Under the pieces are notes generated by a model. That model worked only from the letters and a program-made list of their open reading frames with translations. It had not been told where the DNA came from and did no database searches. Position numbers and translations under genes: made by a program. Positions 1-11,694 of a stretch of 64,000 nucleotides of DNA are shown piece after piece. Position 1 is the first letter of the stretch; each line of letters opens with the position of its first letter. Source of the stretch: Microcoleus sp. (lineage in GTDB: Bacteria > Cyanobacteriota > Cyanobacteriia > Cyanobacteriales > Microcoleaceae); NCBI GenBank assembly GCA_052279835.1, contig CP181291.1:4000001-4064000 (forward strand), read 5' to 3'.

Positions 1-569
1 AACCATTCCAGTTTCGGAGCGCGGACGTGATAGTGGAACCAACCGGCAAACAGCATCAAAGCTGCCATTACCAATGCGCCGATCGCAGTGCAATATAGCT
101 GGTATGAGTTAGTGATGCCGTTGGCGCGCCACAGTTGGAACAGACCCGAAGTGATCTGAATCCCGTGGAAACCGCCACCTACATCTGCATTTAAAATTTC
201 TTGACCAAAAATAGGCCAGACCACTTGAGCACTAGGTTTGATACCTGTGGGGTCTGTTAGCCAAGCTTCGTAGTTGGAAAATTTAGCGCCGTGGAAATAT
301 GCGCCGCTTAACCAAACGAAAATTACTGCCAAATGGCCGAAGTGAGCGCTAAAGATTTTGCGCGAAACGTCTTCTAAATCACTGGTATGACTGTCGAAGT
401 CGTGAGCGTTAGCGTGGAGGTTCCAAATCCAAGTGGTTGTTTTTGGCCCCTTAGCTAGAGTGCGATCGAAATGTCCCGGTTTAGACCACTTCTCGAAGGA
501 AGTTGGAACGGGATCTTTATCGACTACTACTCTAACTTTTACCTCTCGCTCTGGAGGACTAATGGTCAT
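1..569 (-). CDS. psaA: Photosystem I P700 apoprotein A1, 5' part (runs off window start)
   Basis: Not in ORF track; reverse strand from ATG at 569 translates [38 protein letters not shown]...[13 protein letters not shown]...FAGWFHYH. Confidence 0.98.
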   Translation of the reverse strand, partial: MTISPPEREVKVRVVVDKDPVPTSFEKWSKPGHFDRTLAKGPKTTTWIWNLHANAHDFDSHTSDLEDVSRKIFSAHFGHLAVIFVWLSGAYFHGAKFSNYEAWLTDPTGIKPSAQVVWPIFGQEILNADVGGGFHGIQITSGLFQLWRANGITNSYQLYCTAIGALVMAALMLFAGWFHYHVRAPKLEW

Positions 570-1214
570 GAAGACTCTCCTCTCGATAAGACAAGGAACG
601 AGAACTGATATTGTTTATGACACTCACCGGACTTGTGGTACGGGGATTCTCGGTTCACCGATACAGCTTGCATTTAACTCTTTGCAGAATCAGACATACT
701 TGCTCTATCTCCCCAAGCGTTGCGCTTCTAGACAGAAGCCAGTTTCCCAGTGTCGCTGGGTACTGTTAACTACTTTCGCTATTTGATGAGCCCAATCGCA
801 GCCTTTATTTTGTGCTGCTCATCTTGCTCATCTTGCGGCGGTTTTATGAATTATAAGCTTGTCAGAGAAGTATTAATCGCTTGTTAACAATACTTAAAAA
901 AGTCGCATTTTGTGATGTAATAATCAATTGAATCTCCACAGTGCATCACAAAAGTCAAGGGGTGTTGGCATTAAATTTACAAAACTCAAAGATAAGGGTA
1001 CGGAAGAATTTTGATTTATATAGACTTGTTTTGCAAAAAGCCGCCGGAGTTATTAGCTGGATTCGCAATCGGCACCAACTATCGGATTAGTCCTGGACAA
1101 CCACCTCACTTGAGCCAGGAGTCCCTCCCAAATTGTCGATCGCCAAAATCCCAATTACTCAACTCAGTTTTGGGCTATAGTTCCCTATGAGAAGGCTTCT
1201 AGGAGTATGGTTGC

Positions 1215-2822
1215 GTGATGGGAATCAATTGGCTGAGGAAGACTGCGAGCAGGCTGCTGGTATTGCTCGCAGCAGCAGTATTAATTTTAGGTATCACAAG
1301 TTGTGGCAACAATCATCCCGACTTGCCAAAATCCAGCAACAACAGCAATTCAGTCCTCACTCCGATTAAAAGAATCTCAGAGGTATCCCCCCCCGTAAGC
1401 ATTCAAAAACTGCGTCAGGCTTTAGAAATCTACCAACCTCAAGTTAGTATTTTGAATCCCCAGCCAGACCAAGTGCTTCAGGACACCTATATATCTGTGC
1501 GACTCCAAGTCAAAGACTTGCCAATTTTCAAAGATGCTAACCTAGGCTTGGGTCCCCATCTTCAGGTGTTGTTAGACAATCAACCCTATCAGGCAGTTTA
1601 TGACACAAACCAGCCTTTAGAGTTATCTGACTTAGAACCCGGAACCCACACCCTGCGAGTTTTTGCCTCTCGCCCTTGGGAAGAAAGCTTTAAAAACGAC
1701 GGTGCTTACGCCCAAACCACCTTTCACGTTTTCACCAAAACTGAGAATAATAATCCCGATCGCAATTTACCCCAGCTCACCTACAACCAGCCCCAAGACA
1801 CCTACGGGGCTGAACCCATCATGCTGGACTTTTACTTGACAAATGCTCCCCTGCATCTCATCGCTCAAGAAAACTCCCAAGACGAAATACTCGATTGGAA
1901 AATTCGAGCCACAGTCAACGGAGAAAGCTTTACGATCGACCAATGGCAACCTATATATCTGAAAGGATTCAAACCAGGGAAAAACTGGGTACAGCTAGAA
2001 TTTATCGACGAACTGGGAAATCCCATCAAAAACGCCTTTAATAATACAGTCAGACTGATAAATTACCAACCCCAAGGACAAGATACCCTGTCTAAAATAG
2101 TGCGAGGCGAACTAACAGCAGCAGCATCTGGCGGTATAGTCGATCGCACCTACAAACCCGAAACACCAACACCCGAACCAAAACCCACACCAGCACTAGA
2201 AACACCAAATGTCAAGCCATCTCCTGCGGTGGTTCCAGAAACTCCAGTTGCTAAACCCAGTCAAGAGCCAAAACAGGCTCCTGAAGTCACACCGATTCCT
2301 GTCACAGAACCAAAACCAACAGCAACACCAAAAATAGACACACCCAAAATAACTGAGCAAATTCCTGTCACAGAACCAAAACCAACAGCAACACCAGAAA
2401 TAGACACACCCAAAATAACTGAGCAAACTCCTGTCACAGAACCAAAACCAACAGCAACACCAGAAATAGACACACCCAAAATAACTGAGCAAACTCCTGT
2501 CACAGAACCAAAACCAACAGCAACACCAGAAATAGACACACCCAAAATAGCTGAGCAAACGCCTGTCACCGAACCAAAACCAACAACAACACCAGAAATA
2601 GACACACCCAAAATAGCTGAGCAAACTCCTGTCACCGAACCAAAACCAACAGCAACAACAGAAATAGACACACCCACAATAACTGAGCAAATTCCACTCA
2701 GCGAACCAAAATCCACACCAATTTTACAAACAGTAAAACAAAAAGTCAGCGAACTTATGAATAAATTCCGCAGCTTTCTGAATCAACTGACAGAACCGAA
2801 AACACCATCTCTCAACTTGTAG
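1215..2822 (+). CDS. Conserved cyanobacterial lipoprotein with Pro/Thr/Glu-rich repetitive C-terminal stalk
   Basis: Signal peptide with lipobox-like ITSC, globular N-terminal half, then PVTEPKPT repeats. Confidence 0.75.
   Translation: MMGINWLRKTASRLLVLLAAAVLILGITSCGNNHPDLPKSSNNSNSVLTPIKRISEVSPPVSIQKLRQALEIYQPQVSILNPQPDQVLQDTYISVRLQVKDLPIFKDANLGLGPHLQVLLDNQPYQAVYDTNQPLELSDLEPGTHTLRVFASRPWEESFKNDGAYAQTTFHVFTKTENNNPDRNLPQLTYNQPQDTYGAEPIMLDFYLTNAPLHLIAQENSQDEILDWKIRATVNGESFTIDQWQPIYLKGFKPGKNWVQLEFIDELGNPIKNAFNNTVRLINYQPQGQDTLSKIVRGELTAAASGGIVDRTYKPETPTPEPKPTPALETPNVKPSPAVVPETPVAKPSQEPKQAPEVTPIPVTEPKPTATPKIDTPKITEQIPVTEPKPTATPEIDTPKITEQTPVTEPKPTATPEIDTPKITEQTPVTEPKPTATPEIDTPKIAEQTPVTEPKPTTTPEIDTPKIAEQTPVTEPKPTATTEIDTPTITEQIPLSEPKSTPILQTVKQKVSELMNKFRSFLNQLTEPKTPSLNL
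2298..2715 (+). repeat. Coding tandem repeat, 66-bp unit (22 aa PVTEPKPTATPEIDTPKITEQT), 6 copies plus a partial
   Basis: cctgtcac starts recur at 2298, 2364, 2430, 2496, 2562, 2628. Confidence 0.95.
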
Positions 2823-2900
2823 CCCAAACCACAAATATCAGTTGAAACCAAACAAAATCTTTCCCTATTCAACTCCATTCAAAAATCAGGACAATCACCA

Positions 2901-3869
2901 ATGACCTACCTCGAAACAGCAGCAAAATTCTACAGCGAAGTAGCCGAAACCCCCCAAATTGGACTTTGCTGCGTCCAAAGCAGTCCCCTGCAACTGCCGG
3001 GATTAAACATTCCCGAACAAATGCAAGAGATGAATTACGGCTGCGGCACAACAGTCCATGCCGCCGAACTCGTAGGCAATCCAGTCGTGCTGTATGTAGG
3101 CGTTGGTGGCGGCTTAGAAGCACTGCAATTCGCCTATTTCTCTCGCCAAAAAGGAGCAGTAATTGCCGTCGATCCAGTTGCAGCAATGCGAGACGCGGCG
3201 ACACGTAACCTGAAAATTGCCGCCCAAGAAAATGATTGGTTTGATGCTAGTTTTGTCGAGATTAGAGCAGGGGATGCTTTTGCCTTACCTATGCCCGATG
3301 CTTCTGTAGATGTTGTCGCCCAAAATTGTTTATTTAACATCTTTGAACCTGCGGATTTAGCTAAGGCATTAAGAGAAACCTACCGAGTGTTGAAACCCGG
3401 TGGTAGATTATTGATGAGCGATCCCATCGCAACTCGCACAATTCCCCAACATTTAAAACAAGACGAACGCTTGCGGGCGCTGTGTTTGTCCGGTGCTCTC
3501 ACCTACGCAGAATACGTCCAGCAACTTGTAGACGTCGGTTTTGGACAAGTGGAAGTTCGGGCGCGCCGTCCTTACCGATTGCTGGACAAACACAATTATC
3601 AATTGGATGCAGACTTGCTGCTAGAAAGCCTAGACTCGGTGTCTTTCAAAGTGCCTATCCCCGATGACGGAGCTTGCATTTTCACTGGCAAGACGGCGAT
3701 TTATGCCGGGTCTGAGGAGCTATTTGATGACGGGGCTGGTCACATTTTGCAGCGGGGAGTTCCGGCGGCAGTGTGCGATAAAACTGCTGGCAAGTTGGGG
3801 GGATTGATGCCGGACAAGGTGTTGATTACTGATTCGACTTGGCATTATAACGGCGGTGGTTGTTGTTAA
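2901..3869 (+). CDS. arsM: Arsenite methyltransferase, cyanobacterial arsenosugar-associated type
   Basis: GLCC N-terminal motif, NYGCG, SAM motif YVGVGGG, AQNCLFN, C-terminal GGGCC. Confidence 0.85.
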   Translation: MTYLETAAKFYSEVAETPQIGLCCVQSSPLQLPGLNIPEQMQEMNYGCGTTVHAAELVGNPVVLYVGVGGGLEALQFAYFSRQKGAVIAVDPVAAMRDAATRNLKIAAQENDWFDASFVEIRAGDAFALPMPDASVDVVAQNCLFNIFEPADLAKALRETYRVLKPGGRLLMSDPIATRTIPQHLKQDERLRALCLSGALTYAEYVQQLVDVGFGQVEVRARRPYRLLDKHNYQLDADLLLESLDSVSFKVPIPDDGACIFTGKTAIYAGSEELFDDGAGHILQRGVPAAVCDKTAGKLGGLMPDKVLITDSTWHYNGGGCC

Positions 3870-3896
3870 ATTTCGTTAAAATGGGAGACGTAGCTT

Positions 3897-4005
3897 GGGA
3901 GCCTCCCATTTTTGCAAATATATCAGTAAGGGCGAAGCATTCCGGCAGATAATTTGTTAGTTATAACCAGAGATTTACTGCCGGAATGCTTAGCCTCTAC
4001 TACAA
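3897..4005. repeat. REP/MITE-like hairpin element, copy A of a family also at 33195 and 48944; overlaps the arsM terminator
   Basis: Stem aagcattccggcag...ctgccggaatgctt around a 30-nt loop shared with the other copies; terminator aaaatgggag...ctcccatttt at 3878-3911. Confidence 0.7.
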
Positions 4006-4286
4006 ATGACCTGTACGACCGCGAAAGCCCATTCTTTGATTCGAGATAGTGGTATAGTACGATCGCCAGTTAGTTATGTAAGAATTTGTAGTCATGGTAA
4101 TCTATAGGAGCAGCCACAATTTTGACTCCGTAGATTTAGCCCTTGTCCGGTGCGTCGCTAGAAACAATTCTCGCCAAGAATACAAAGATTAGCACAGCGA
4201 CGCACTTTTCCAACACGATCGAGGGGATGACTGAACCGGATTTGCTATTATCTAAATTTGCCTGAGAATTTGCTGATATTTTTACC

Positions 4287-4973
4287 CTATTTCCGTACAG
4301 CTTCCAGCAATCTAGAATAATAAAAGCTCGTGCTAGTCATGGCTGTTCTGTTCACCACAAAACCATTGTTTTCGAGGATTTTGATGATATCAGCTTCCCG
4401 GTGCTGATAAGCGCGAGTTGTTTTGCTAGGACCGGGGAAAAATTCGCCAATTTTTTTGAGCACGGTGAGTGCTAAAGTTTTGGGGGCAAAACTCAGAATT
4501 AGTCGGGATTGGGCGATCGAACTTAGGTGAGCAATCATGGACGCAGCCTTATCTTGAGGATAGTGGATCAGCACGTCCAGACAGATAACCGTGTGAAATT
4601 TGCCACTCAATGCTTCTAAATCTTGGGCTGCGAAAGAGACGTTGTAGAGCTTGCCCGGAGCTGCTGTAGCTCGATCGTAAGCTTCTGCTACCATTTTTTC
4701 AGAGATATCGCTAGCACAAACAATTGCCCCAGCCTCAGCCAGAGGAATGCTCAGAGATCCCACACCACAGCCGGCATCGCACACTGACAGCCCGCGCAAA
4801 TTGCCGTCAGCTTGCAGCCATTGGATGACTGTATCTACTGTTTGCTGGTGCCCGGTGCGAATATCTAGCTGCACTTTATTGACTTTGCCATCGCCGTAAA
4901 TTCGTTGCCAGCGATCGAATCCCGTGGAGTTAAAATACTGTTTGACAATATCCTTGTCGTTTGCCAAATTCAT
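4287..4973 (-). CDS. chlM: Magnesium-protoporphyrin IX methyltransferase
   Basis: YFNSTGFDRW, CDAGCGVGSLS, CLDVLIHYP, FPGPSKTTRAY. Confidence 0.95.
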   Translation of the reverse strand: MNLANDKDIVKQYFNSTGFDRWQRIYGDGKVNKVQLDIRTGHQQTVDTVIQWLQADGNLRGLSVCDAGCGVGSLSIPLAEAGAIVCASDISEKMVAEAYDRATAAPGKLYNVSFAAQDLEALSGKFHTVICLDVLIHYPQDKAASMIAHLSSIAQSRLILSFAPKTLALTVLKKIGEFFPGPSKTTRAYQHREADIIKILENNGFVVNRTAMTSTSFYYSRLLEAVRK

Positions 4974-5194
4974 TAGTCTGCCTGCTGCTGAGTTATTGCC
5001 AACAGTTAGGTATTATAATGCTTCGGGGTCGTAATTTGGAATTTGCCCGAAAAAGATTGGGCATTGGTAAATTTTCCAAGTTGAATTTTTTTATTCCTTT
5101 GTTACTTCTTCAGTAAATGCGGTTCCTGCCCTCCGGCTATGCTGCGGTAGGCGCGTGCCTAGTCGAAGGACTATCTTCCATCTTTCATCTTCCT

Positions 5195-6424
5195 TTAAAA
5201 TAAGCGATGCCAAGTTAATTCCTTTGTCGGTTCATCCAAATGCCAGCGTAACAATTGAGTGGCGGGTAAGCCGATGATTCCTGAAAGTCCGATCGCATTT
5301 CTGGGAGATTCCGTTGCTAGGGCGATGGCGCTTGGCACATCACAAATTCCCCACTTCACCAAATTTTGAACTCCCCCCAAAAGTGGTAGTGTTGTACCAG
5401 CCAAAGTAGCCGATTCGAGTGGTGAGTGATAATCTAATCTTACCCAAGCAGTACCTTTTCTCACCTCTATTTGACGAGAATCCCAAGGATAAACACCATC
5501 TGGCAAACCCAAAGGAGCTAAAGCGTCGCTAACTAAAAAAACACCTGTTTCGTATCTACCAGCGCGCAGTAAAAAATCAATCATTGTCGGACAAACGTGC
5601 TTGCCGTCAGCAATTAAACCGCACTTAACACCCGGAGTAACAATGGCTGCCCCCAACAAACCCGGTTCTCGATGGTGCAAACTCGGCATCGCATTAAAGG
5701 CGTGAGTTACCATGGAAGAACCCCGTACAAATGCTTGTTGGGCTTGTTCTGCTGTCGCTTGAGAGTGTCCGAGACTAACTGTAATTCCCAAACTTTGCAA
5801 ATAAGAAATTACTTCCCCAGTGCTATCTAACTCCGGTGCTAAAGTAATTATTTTGACAATATCAGCACAATCTCCTAAAACTAACTTTACATTTTCTATG
5901 GTTAGTGGCAAAAGAAATTCTGAGGGGTGAGCACCTCGCTTGTGGGGATTAAGAAAAGGGCCTTCGAGGTGAACGCCGATGATTGAGGCTGTTTTGACTT
6001 GATTGGTTGGGGAAGTATTATTTTTTTGAGTACGTATAAAATTAGCAATAGTTGAGAGCGATCGTCTAAACTTATCTAGTGAAGTTGTCACCAAAGTCGG
6101 CAAAAAAGCATCGACTCCCTGATTCCATAAAAATTGACAAATTTCGGGCAAAAATTCCCTATGCTTGGTTTCTAGATCTGGGAAAGCCAAACCGAGAGCA
6201 CCGTTAATCTGCAAGTCAACTCCGCCCAAAGAAACCCAATCACCTGCTGCATCGATGACTTGTAAATTCGGGGGAGAAACCCGTTTAAATACTTTGTCCA
6301 TCGGGCAAACTTCTTGAATGATGCCAGTTTCATCCACAGCCAGCATCTGTAATTCCTTACAACCAGGGAGCCTCGCATTGAGAATATTTGTAGGGAAAAA
6401 AGTTGAGTTTGTCGCTTCAGTCAT
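5195..6424 (-). CDS. nagA: N-acetylglucosamine-6-phosphate deacetylase
   Basis: GVHLEGPF, KRGAH, TLAPE, SLGHS, THAFNAM, LVSDA. Confidence 0.95.
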   Translation of the reverse strand: MTEATNSTFFPTNILNARLPGCKELQMLAVDETGIIQEVCPMDKVFKRVSPPNLQVIDAAGDWVSLGGVDLQINGALGLAFPDLETKHREFLPEICQFLWNQGVDAFLPTLVTTSLDKFRRSLSTIANFIRTQKNNTSPTNQVKTASIIGVHLEGPFLNPHKRGAHPSEFLLPLTIENVKLVLGDCADIVKIITLAPELDSTGEVISYLQSLGITVSLGHSQATAEQAQQAFVRGSSMVTHAFNAMPSLHHREPGLLGAAIVTPGVKCGLIADGKHVCPTMIDFLLRAGRYETGVFLVSDALAPLGLPDGVYPWDSRQIEVRKGTAWVRLDYHSPLESATLAGTTLPLLGGVQNLVKWGICDVPSAIALATESPRNAIGLSGIIGLPATQLLRWHLDEPTKELTWHRLF

Positions 6425-6426
6425 CC

Positions 6427-6458
6427 GATTTTAGATTTTAGATTTTAGATTTTAGATT
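6427..6458. repeat. Short tandem heptamer repeat (GATTTTA)4, STRR type
   Basis: gattttagattttagattttagattttagatt between nagA and purE. Confidence 0.9.
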
Positions 6459-6492
6459 AGCATTGATCGGAAAGCTCAAATCTCAAAACTAG

Positions 6493-7014
6493 ATGAATCA
6501 ACCGACTGTTGGAATTATCATGGGTAGCGATTCTGATTTGCCCACTATGAAAGATGCGATCGCAGTTTGCGAAGAATTCAACATCCCTTGCGAAGTGGCG
6601 ATAGTTTCAGCCCACCGTACCCCTGAGCGCATGGTAGAATATGCCCAAAACGCGCACCAACGGGGATTGAAAGTGATTATTGCAGGTGCGGGGGGAGCGG
6701 CCCACCTACCTGGTATGGTAGCATCTTTAACACCTTTGCCGGTGATTGGTGTGCCAGTGCCGAGCCGTCATCTGCAAGGATTAGATTCTTTGTACTCGAT
6801 CGTCCAAATGCCAGCAGGGATACCTGTAGCCACAGTAGCGATCGGCAATTCTAAAAATGCTGGCTTGTTAGCAGTTCAGATTTTAGCGTGTAGTCAGCCT
6901 GAATTGGTAGCACAAATCCAACAATATCGTCGAAGCTTATCTCAATCGGTGATGGACAAACAAGCTCAGCTAAATGATATAGGTTATCGATTGTATTTAG
7001 ATCGAAGCAAATGA
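6493..7014 (+). CDS. purE: N5-carboxyaminoimidazole ribonucleotide mutase
   Basis: [40 protein letters not shown]. Confidence 0.98.
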   Translation: MNQPTVGIIMGSDSDLPTMKDAIAVCEEFNIPCEVAIVSAHRTPERMVEYAQNAHQRGLKVIIAGAGGAAHLPGMVASLTPLPVIGVPVPSRHLQGLDSLYSIVQMPAGIPVATVAIGNSKNAGLLAVQILACSQPELVAQIQQYRRSLSQSVMDKQAQLNDIGYRLYLDRSK

Positions 7015-7087
7015 TACAGAATATGGTGTAGTAAAATTGCTTGGATTCTAGAATGCTCACAGAGTAGTTGAGGAGAGATCTAAACTA

Positions 7088-8650
7088 ATGGCAAAAAATA
7101 AAAACTGGAAAAAAGCAAGGCGAGGAGCATTAAAGTGGCGCTCGCTGAATTTTGCGGGTACTGCAAAAATGTACCGTCAGTTGCAAATAGCCATAAAGCG
7201 ATTGAATCCAACGTTGCAAGCCTGCATACCCCTAGCTGCAATTATAGTCTTGGTATCGGGGTACGCTGCGATCGCTCAAACAGCCCCCACTCCAACCACA
7301 GAAGAACAATTAGCTAGCCTGAAAGTGGGTATGGATACCATGTGGGTGATGGTGGCTGGGATGATGGTGTTCTTTATGAATGCCGGCTTTGGAATGTTAG
7401 AAACCGGATTCTGTCGCCAAAAAAATGCAGTCAACGTGCTGTCAAAAAACTTAATTGTTTTTGCCCTTTCTACTATTGCCTATTGGGCGATTGGCTTTGC
7501 TTTAATGTTCAGTGATGGCAATGGTTTTATAGGCACAAGTGGCGGATTTTTCCTGTGGAATGTGACTGACAACAGTCCGGCCATGGGAGACGCTTACAAA
7601 GGTATTTTCAGCTCACTCAATTGGACTGGAGTACCTCTGAATGCTAAATTCTTTTTTCAATTAGTTTTTGCGGGAACTGCGGCGACCATCGTTTCTGGAG
7701 CCGTTGCAGAGCGAATAAAATTCCTTGAATTCCTAATTTTTTGCTTGCTGCTAGTAGGGATTGCTTACCCGATTACCGGAAACTGGATTTGGGGTGGTGG
7801 CTGGCTGGCAAAAGTAGGTTTTTACGACTTTGCTGGTTCGACGGTGGTTCACTCTGTAGGTGGTTGGGCTGCTTTGATGGGAGCAGCATTTTTAGGGCCG
7901 CGGAATGGCAGGTACCGCAACGGTGATACGGTGGCGATGCCGGGACACAATATGAGCATTGCTACCTTGGGCTGTTTGATTCTGTGGTTGGGTTGGTTCG
8001 GGTTCAATCCCGGTTCGACAATGGCAGTGGATGCTAATGCGATCGCCCACATTGCCATCACCACCAACACCGCTGGTGCCTTCGGAGGAGTTGCTGCCAC
8101 TCTCACGGCTTGGCTTTACCTGGGCAAACCCGACTTGTCGATGATTATCAACGGCATCCTGGCTGGCTTAGTGGGAGTTACTGCTAGCTGCGCTTGGATC
8201 AACGTCCCGAATTCTGCGATTATCGGCATTGTCGCAGGCATCCTGGTAGTTTTTGCCGTAACTTTCTTTGACAACTTGAAAATTGATGACCCTGTGGGGG
8301 CAACTTCGGTTCACCTAGTCTGTGGTACTTGGGGAACTCTAGCAGTGGGCTTGTTTGCCGATGGTCCGACAACTGGCATTTATACCGCAGGGCCCAAAGC
8401 AGGATTGTTGGTAGGGGGTGGTTTCGATCAGCTAATACCACAGTTGATCGGGATTATTTCTGTAGGTGGGATGACTGTGCTGCTGAGTACAATTTTTTGG
8501 TATGCACTCAAGGTGTTGCTTGGCATCAGAGTTAGTGCTGTAGAGGAGGCTGAAGGTTTGGATATCGGAGAGCACGGTATGGAAGCCTACAGCGGATTTG
8601 TGAAGGAAGCCGACTTTGGCAGCAACACCAGCAAGGAGATGAAACTCTAA
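7088..8650 (+). CDS. amt1: Ammonium transporter, Amt1-type
   Basis: [49 protein letters not shown]; start may be further downstream. Confidence 0.9.
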   Translation: MAKNKNWKKARRGALKWRSLNFAGTAKMYRQLQIAIKRLNPTLQACIPLAAIIVLVSGYAAIAQTAPTPTTEEQLASLKVGMDTMWVMVAGMMVFFMNAGFGMLETGFCRQKNAVNVLSKNLIVFALSTIAYWAIGFALMFSDGNGFIGTSGGFFLWNVTDNSPAMGDAYKGIFSSLNWTGVPLNAKFFFQLVFAGTAATIVSGAVAERIKFLEFLIFCLLLVGIAYPITGNWIWGGGWLAKVGFYDFAGSTVVHSVGGWAALMGAAFLGPRNGRYRNGDTVAMPGHNMSIATLGCLILWLGWFGFNPGSTMAVDANAIAHIAITTNTAGAFGGVAATLTAWLYLGKPDLSMIINGILAGLVGVTASCAWINVPNSAIIGIVAGILVVFAVTFFDNLKIDDPVGATSVHLVCGTWGTLAVGLFADGPTTGIYTAGPKAGLLVGGGFDQLIPQLIGIISVGGMTVLLSTIFWYALKVLLGIRVSAVEEAEGLDIGEHGMEAYSGFVKEADFGSNTSKEMKL

Positions 8651-8911
8651 CACAATCGCGATCTCCTATTGTCATTGCTTTTGGATTGAACACCTCCTGG
8701 GATTTTGCCTCCACGACTAACTCATAAACTTTGGCGGGTAGATTTTTTGTGGTAGAGTGGTCGGCAAAAGCCAATTTCTGCATCGCCGCCCTTGCCAAAC
8801 ACATTACAGTGCTTGATTCTCAAAAGAATTGAGGCGAAACTGGAGCGGTAAACTTTGATGCAGTAATGCGTGCCAATTATTTGTTGTGGTGCCTGCAAAT
8901 CGCCTGAGTTT

Positions 8912-9814
8912 ATGGAGAAGTTTGGAGGATTTAGCGGACGGAAGAGTCAACGGCTCATATTCGCAAGGGAACGATCTAAAAGAGTTCCCTTTTGGGCTTG
9001 GCTATCTCTGTTGACAAACGGGATACTGATAGTCACTGTAGCTCAGCTTGTGCTGGGGGGACAAAACTTGTCAGAAAGCTCCCCAGCCAGTGCAGCCGTT
9101 AGTGCTGCTAGGGTTGACCAACAAATGCGCCAGCAAAATCCCCTCAAATCTGTCTCCGATCAGCCGATGGTGGGACAGCGACATAAGTGGACTTACCAGC
9201 AGTGGGTAACACAGTTAGGGAGGGAAGCTGAGGCGGTGGCAGTAAATCCACCCTCCAGGCTGAGTGTTTTGGCTGGAGATTCTTTGAGTATGTGGTTTCC
9301 GGCGAAGCTGTTGCCGATCGATCGAACTTGGCTGAATCAGGGAATTTCGGGAGAAACTTCCGTGGGTTTGCTGAAGCGGTTACAGTTGTTCGATCGCACT
9401 CAGCCGGATACCGTGTTTGTGATGATCGGGATTAACGATTTGCTGCGCGGGGCTACAGATGAAGGAATTTTGGACAACCAGCGACAGATTATTCGCGATT
9501 TACGGTGGGCTCATCCCAAGGCACAAGTGGTGGTGCAATCGATTTTGCCCCATAGCGGGGAACAAGCTACTTGGGAAAATCGCGATCGGCTGTTAGCTAT
9601 TTCTAATCATCGGATTCGGGAAATCAATCGGCGATTGAAAGAAATTGCAATTTCGGAAAATGTGTTGTATTTGGATTTGCACCCCATGTTTACAGATGCC
9701 GACGGCAACCTCTTAACCGAACTCAGCACAGATGGGCTGCACCTCAACGATCGAGGTTATTTAGTGTGGCGATCGGCTTTGCAGCTTTTTGGTCAGATGC
9801 AGTTAAAAAATTAG
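8912..9814 (+). CDS. SGNH/GDSL hydrolase with N-terminal membrane anchor
   Basis: AGDSLS, NQGISGE, GINDL, DGLHLN catalytic blocks. Confidence 0.9.
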   Translation: MEKFGGFSGRKSQRLIFARERSKRVPFWAWLSLLTNGILIVTVAQLVLGGQNLSESSPASAAVSAARVDQQMRQQNPLKSVSDQPMVGQRHKWTYQQWVTQLGREAEAVAVNPPSRLSVLAGDSLSMWFPAKLLPIDRTWLNQGISGETSVGLLKRLQLFDRTQPDTVFVMIGINDLLRGATDEGILDNQRQIIRDLRWAHPKAQVVVQSILPHSGEQATWENRDRLLAISNHRIREINRRLKEIAISENVLYLDLHPMFTDADGNLLTELSTDGLHLNDRGYLVWRSALQLFGQMQLKN

Positions 9815-9975
9815 TTATGAGTTTTTTAGTGATGAATAATTAGTAATCACAAATATTTTCCCAATTCTCCTCACCCCCCTCACCGCATTTTTCCTCTTTG
9901 CCGTCTTTACTCCCTAGTCAGGGGTGATGTCAAGTACCTGTGGATGATTAAGAAAATCTGAGAGTAGAAAATTTA

Positions 9976-9989
9976 GTATATCTGGATAC
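9976..9989 (+). promoter_or_regulatory. NtcA-binding site upstream of the second amt gene
   Basis: GTA-TATCTGGA-TAC is a perfect GTA-N8-TAC about 240 bp upstream of an ammonium transporter. Confidence 0.7.
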
Positions 9990-10231
9990 AGAAAAACCCA
10001 GGTCACAAATGGTGCAATCCAAAAGTCACTAAATTTGGGCCGACAGATTGACGATTTTAGATGAGTCTGCCTATCAGCAGTTGGAAAATTGAGGAGCGGG
10101 AATTATCTATTTAAGATTTGTTCCAGTCATACAGGATCTTAAAACCAAATAACTATTGCATCTAACATCCTCACATCTAAAATCGGCTCGGTCAACTCTG
10201 CAAATTACTGAGTATTAGAGGTAACACTAAC

Positions 10232-11668
10232 GTGTTCAAAAAAAGTTTAAAGATCGGACTAATTGCCATGTGGCTGTTGAGCGGGCCACTGATGAATAAT
10301 GCCTTAGCTCAAGACACTGCCCCTGCTGCTGCTGTTGCTGAACCAAACCCGATCGACACGGGCGATACAGCTTGGATGCTAGTTTCATCAGCAATGGTGC
10401 TGTTCATGACACCTGGACTAGCATTTTTCTATGGAGGACTGGTGCGATCGCGCAACGTCCTCAACACCATGATGATGAGTTTGGTGATGATGGGAATGAT
10501 CGGTGTCACGTGGACGCTGTGGGGTTACAGTTTAGCCTTTGATGTATCCATCAAAGCCCCGGAATTTGGCACAGGACTAGAAAGCTTCATCGGGGGCTTA
10601 GACTGGATGTTTTTGAACGGTGTCACAGCCGACAAAATCGATCCCGTCGGCTACGCACCGACAATTCCTCACCAAGTATTCATGGTTTATCAGATGATGT
10701 TCGCCATCATCACTCCAGCATTGATTTCTGGGGCGATCGTCGAACGAGTCACCTTTAAAACCTATTTCTGGTTCGTACTACTGTGGTCCACCTTCATCTA
10801 CTCTCCCTTAGCCCACTGGGTTTGGGGTAGAGGCTGGCTGGGGGCGATCGGCTCCCTCGACTTTGCCGGTGGCACCGTAGTACACATCAGTTCGGGCGTC
10901 TCTGCCGTAGTCGCAGCTTGGGTAATTGGACCTCGCAAAGACCATTTGAACAAACCCCACACCCCTCACAACGTCCCCTACGTGTTGCTGGGCATTGGAA
11001 TGCTGTGGTTCGGATGGTTTGGCTTCAACGGCGGTAGTGCTCTGGGTTCTGGCTCCTTGGCAACTGTAGCTTTTGTCACCACGATGATTTCTACAGCAGC
11101 AGGCGGCTTAACTTGGACAATTTTGGAATGGGTACTCCGAGGCAAACCTACAGCCGTGGGCATTGCTAGCGGTTTCCTGGCGGGATTGGTGGGCATCACT
11201 CCTGCTGCTGGTTTCGTCCTTCCCATTGGGGCGCTCATGATCGGTTCTATCACTGCGGTGTGTTGCTTCTTTGCCGTTAGCTTGCGGGTGAAACTGGGAT
11301 TTGATGATACTTTGGATACCTACCCAGTACACGGTCTTGGCGGGACTGTGGGCGCGCTGCTGACAGGCGTGTTTGCGACTAAAGCCGTTAACTCAGCCGG
11401 AAATGATGGGCTGCTGTTCGGCAATCCTGGGCTACTGGGAATTCAATTCCTCAGTGTTATAGCTACTTATGTTTTTGCTGCGGTTGGTACTTTTTTGATC
11501 CTGAAACTTCTGGGACAGTTTATGGAATTGCGAGTGCCTTCATCTGCTGAAGACCAAGGTTTGGATATTGGTCAACACGGTGAAGAAGCCTACGGCGAGG
11601 ATTTTGCTGGTGGTTTTAGTGCTTTTGAGTCTGGTTCTCCTTTTGCGCCCAAGAAGGTGGGAAGCTGA
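10232..11668 (+). CDS. amtB: Ammonium transporter, AmtB-type
   Basis: DTGDTAWML, MTPGLAFFYGG, DFAGGTVVH, WFGWFGFNGGS, GFDDTLD. Confidence 0.92.
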   Translation: MFKKSLKIGLIAMWLLSGPLMNNALAQDTAPAAAVAEPNPIDTGDTAWMLVSSAMVLFMTPGLAFFYGGLVRSRNVLNTMMMSLVMMGMIGVTWTLWGYSLAFDVSIKAPEFGTGLESFIGGLDWMFLNGVTADKIDPVGYAPTIPHQVFMVYQMMFAIITPALISGAIVERVTFKTYFWFVLLWSTFIYSPLAHWVWGRGWLGAIGSLDFAGGTVVHISSGVSAVVAAWVIGPRKDHLNKPHTPHNVPYVLLGIGMLWFGWFGFNGGSALGSGSLATVAFVTTMISTAAGGLTWTILEWVLRGKPTAVGIASGFLAGLVGITPAAGFVLPIGALMIGSITAVCCFFAVSLRVKLGFDDTLDTYPVHGLGGTVGALLTGVFATKAVNSAGNDGLLFGNPGLLGIQFLSVIATYVFAAVGTFLILKLLGQFMELRVPSSAEDQGLDIGQHGEEAYGEDFAGGFSAFESGSPFAPKKVGS

Positions 11669-11694
11669 TTTTTTAGCTCAGTTCGATCGACTTT

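Noticed and set aside
433..786. 117-aa + strand ORF
   Set aside because: Overlaps psaA antisense and its leader; no recognisable motifs.
2196..2716. Cys/Trp-rich and Gly/Val-rich repetitive ORFs on the - strand
   Set aside because: Antisense shadows of the 66-bp coding repeat in the + strand lipoprotein.
7088..11668. Two amt genes in proximity as a novelty
   Set aside because: Clustered amt paralogs are well known in filamentous cyanobacteria.
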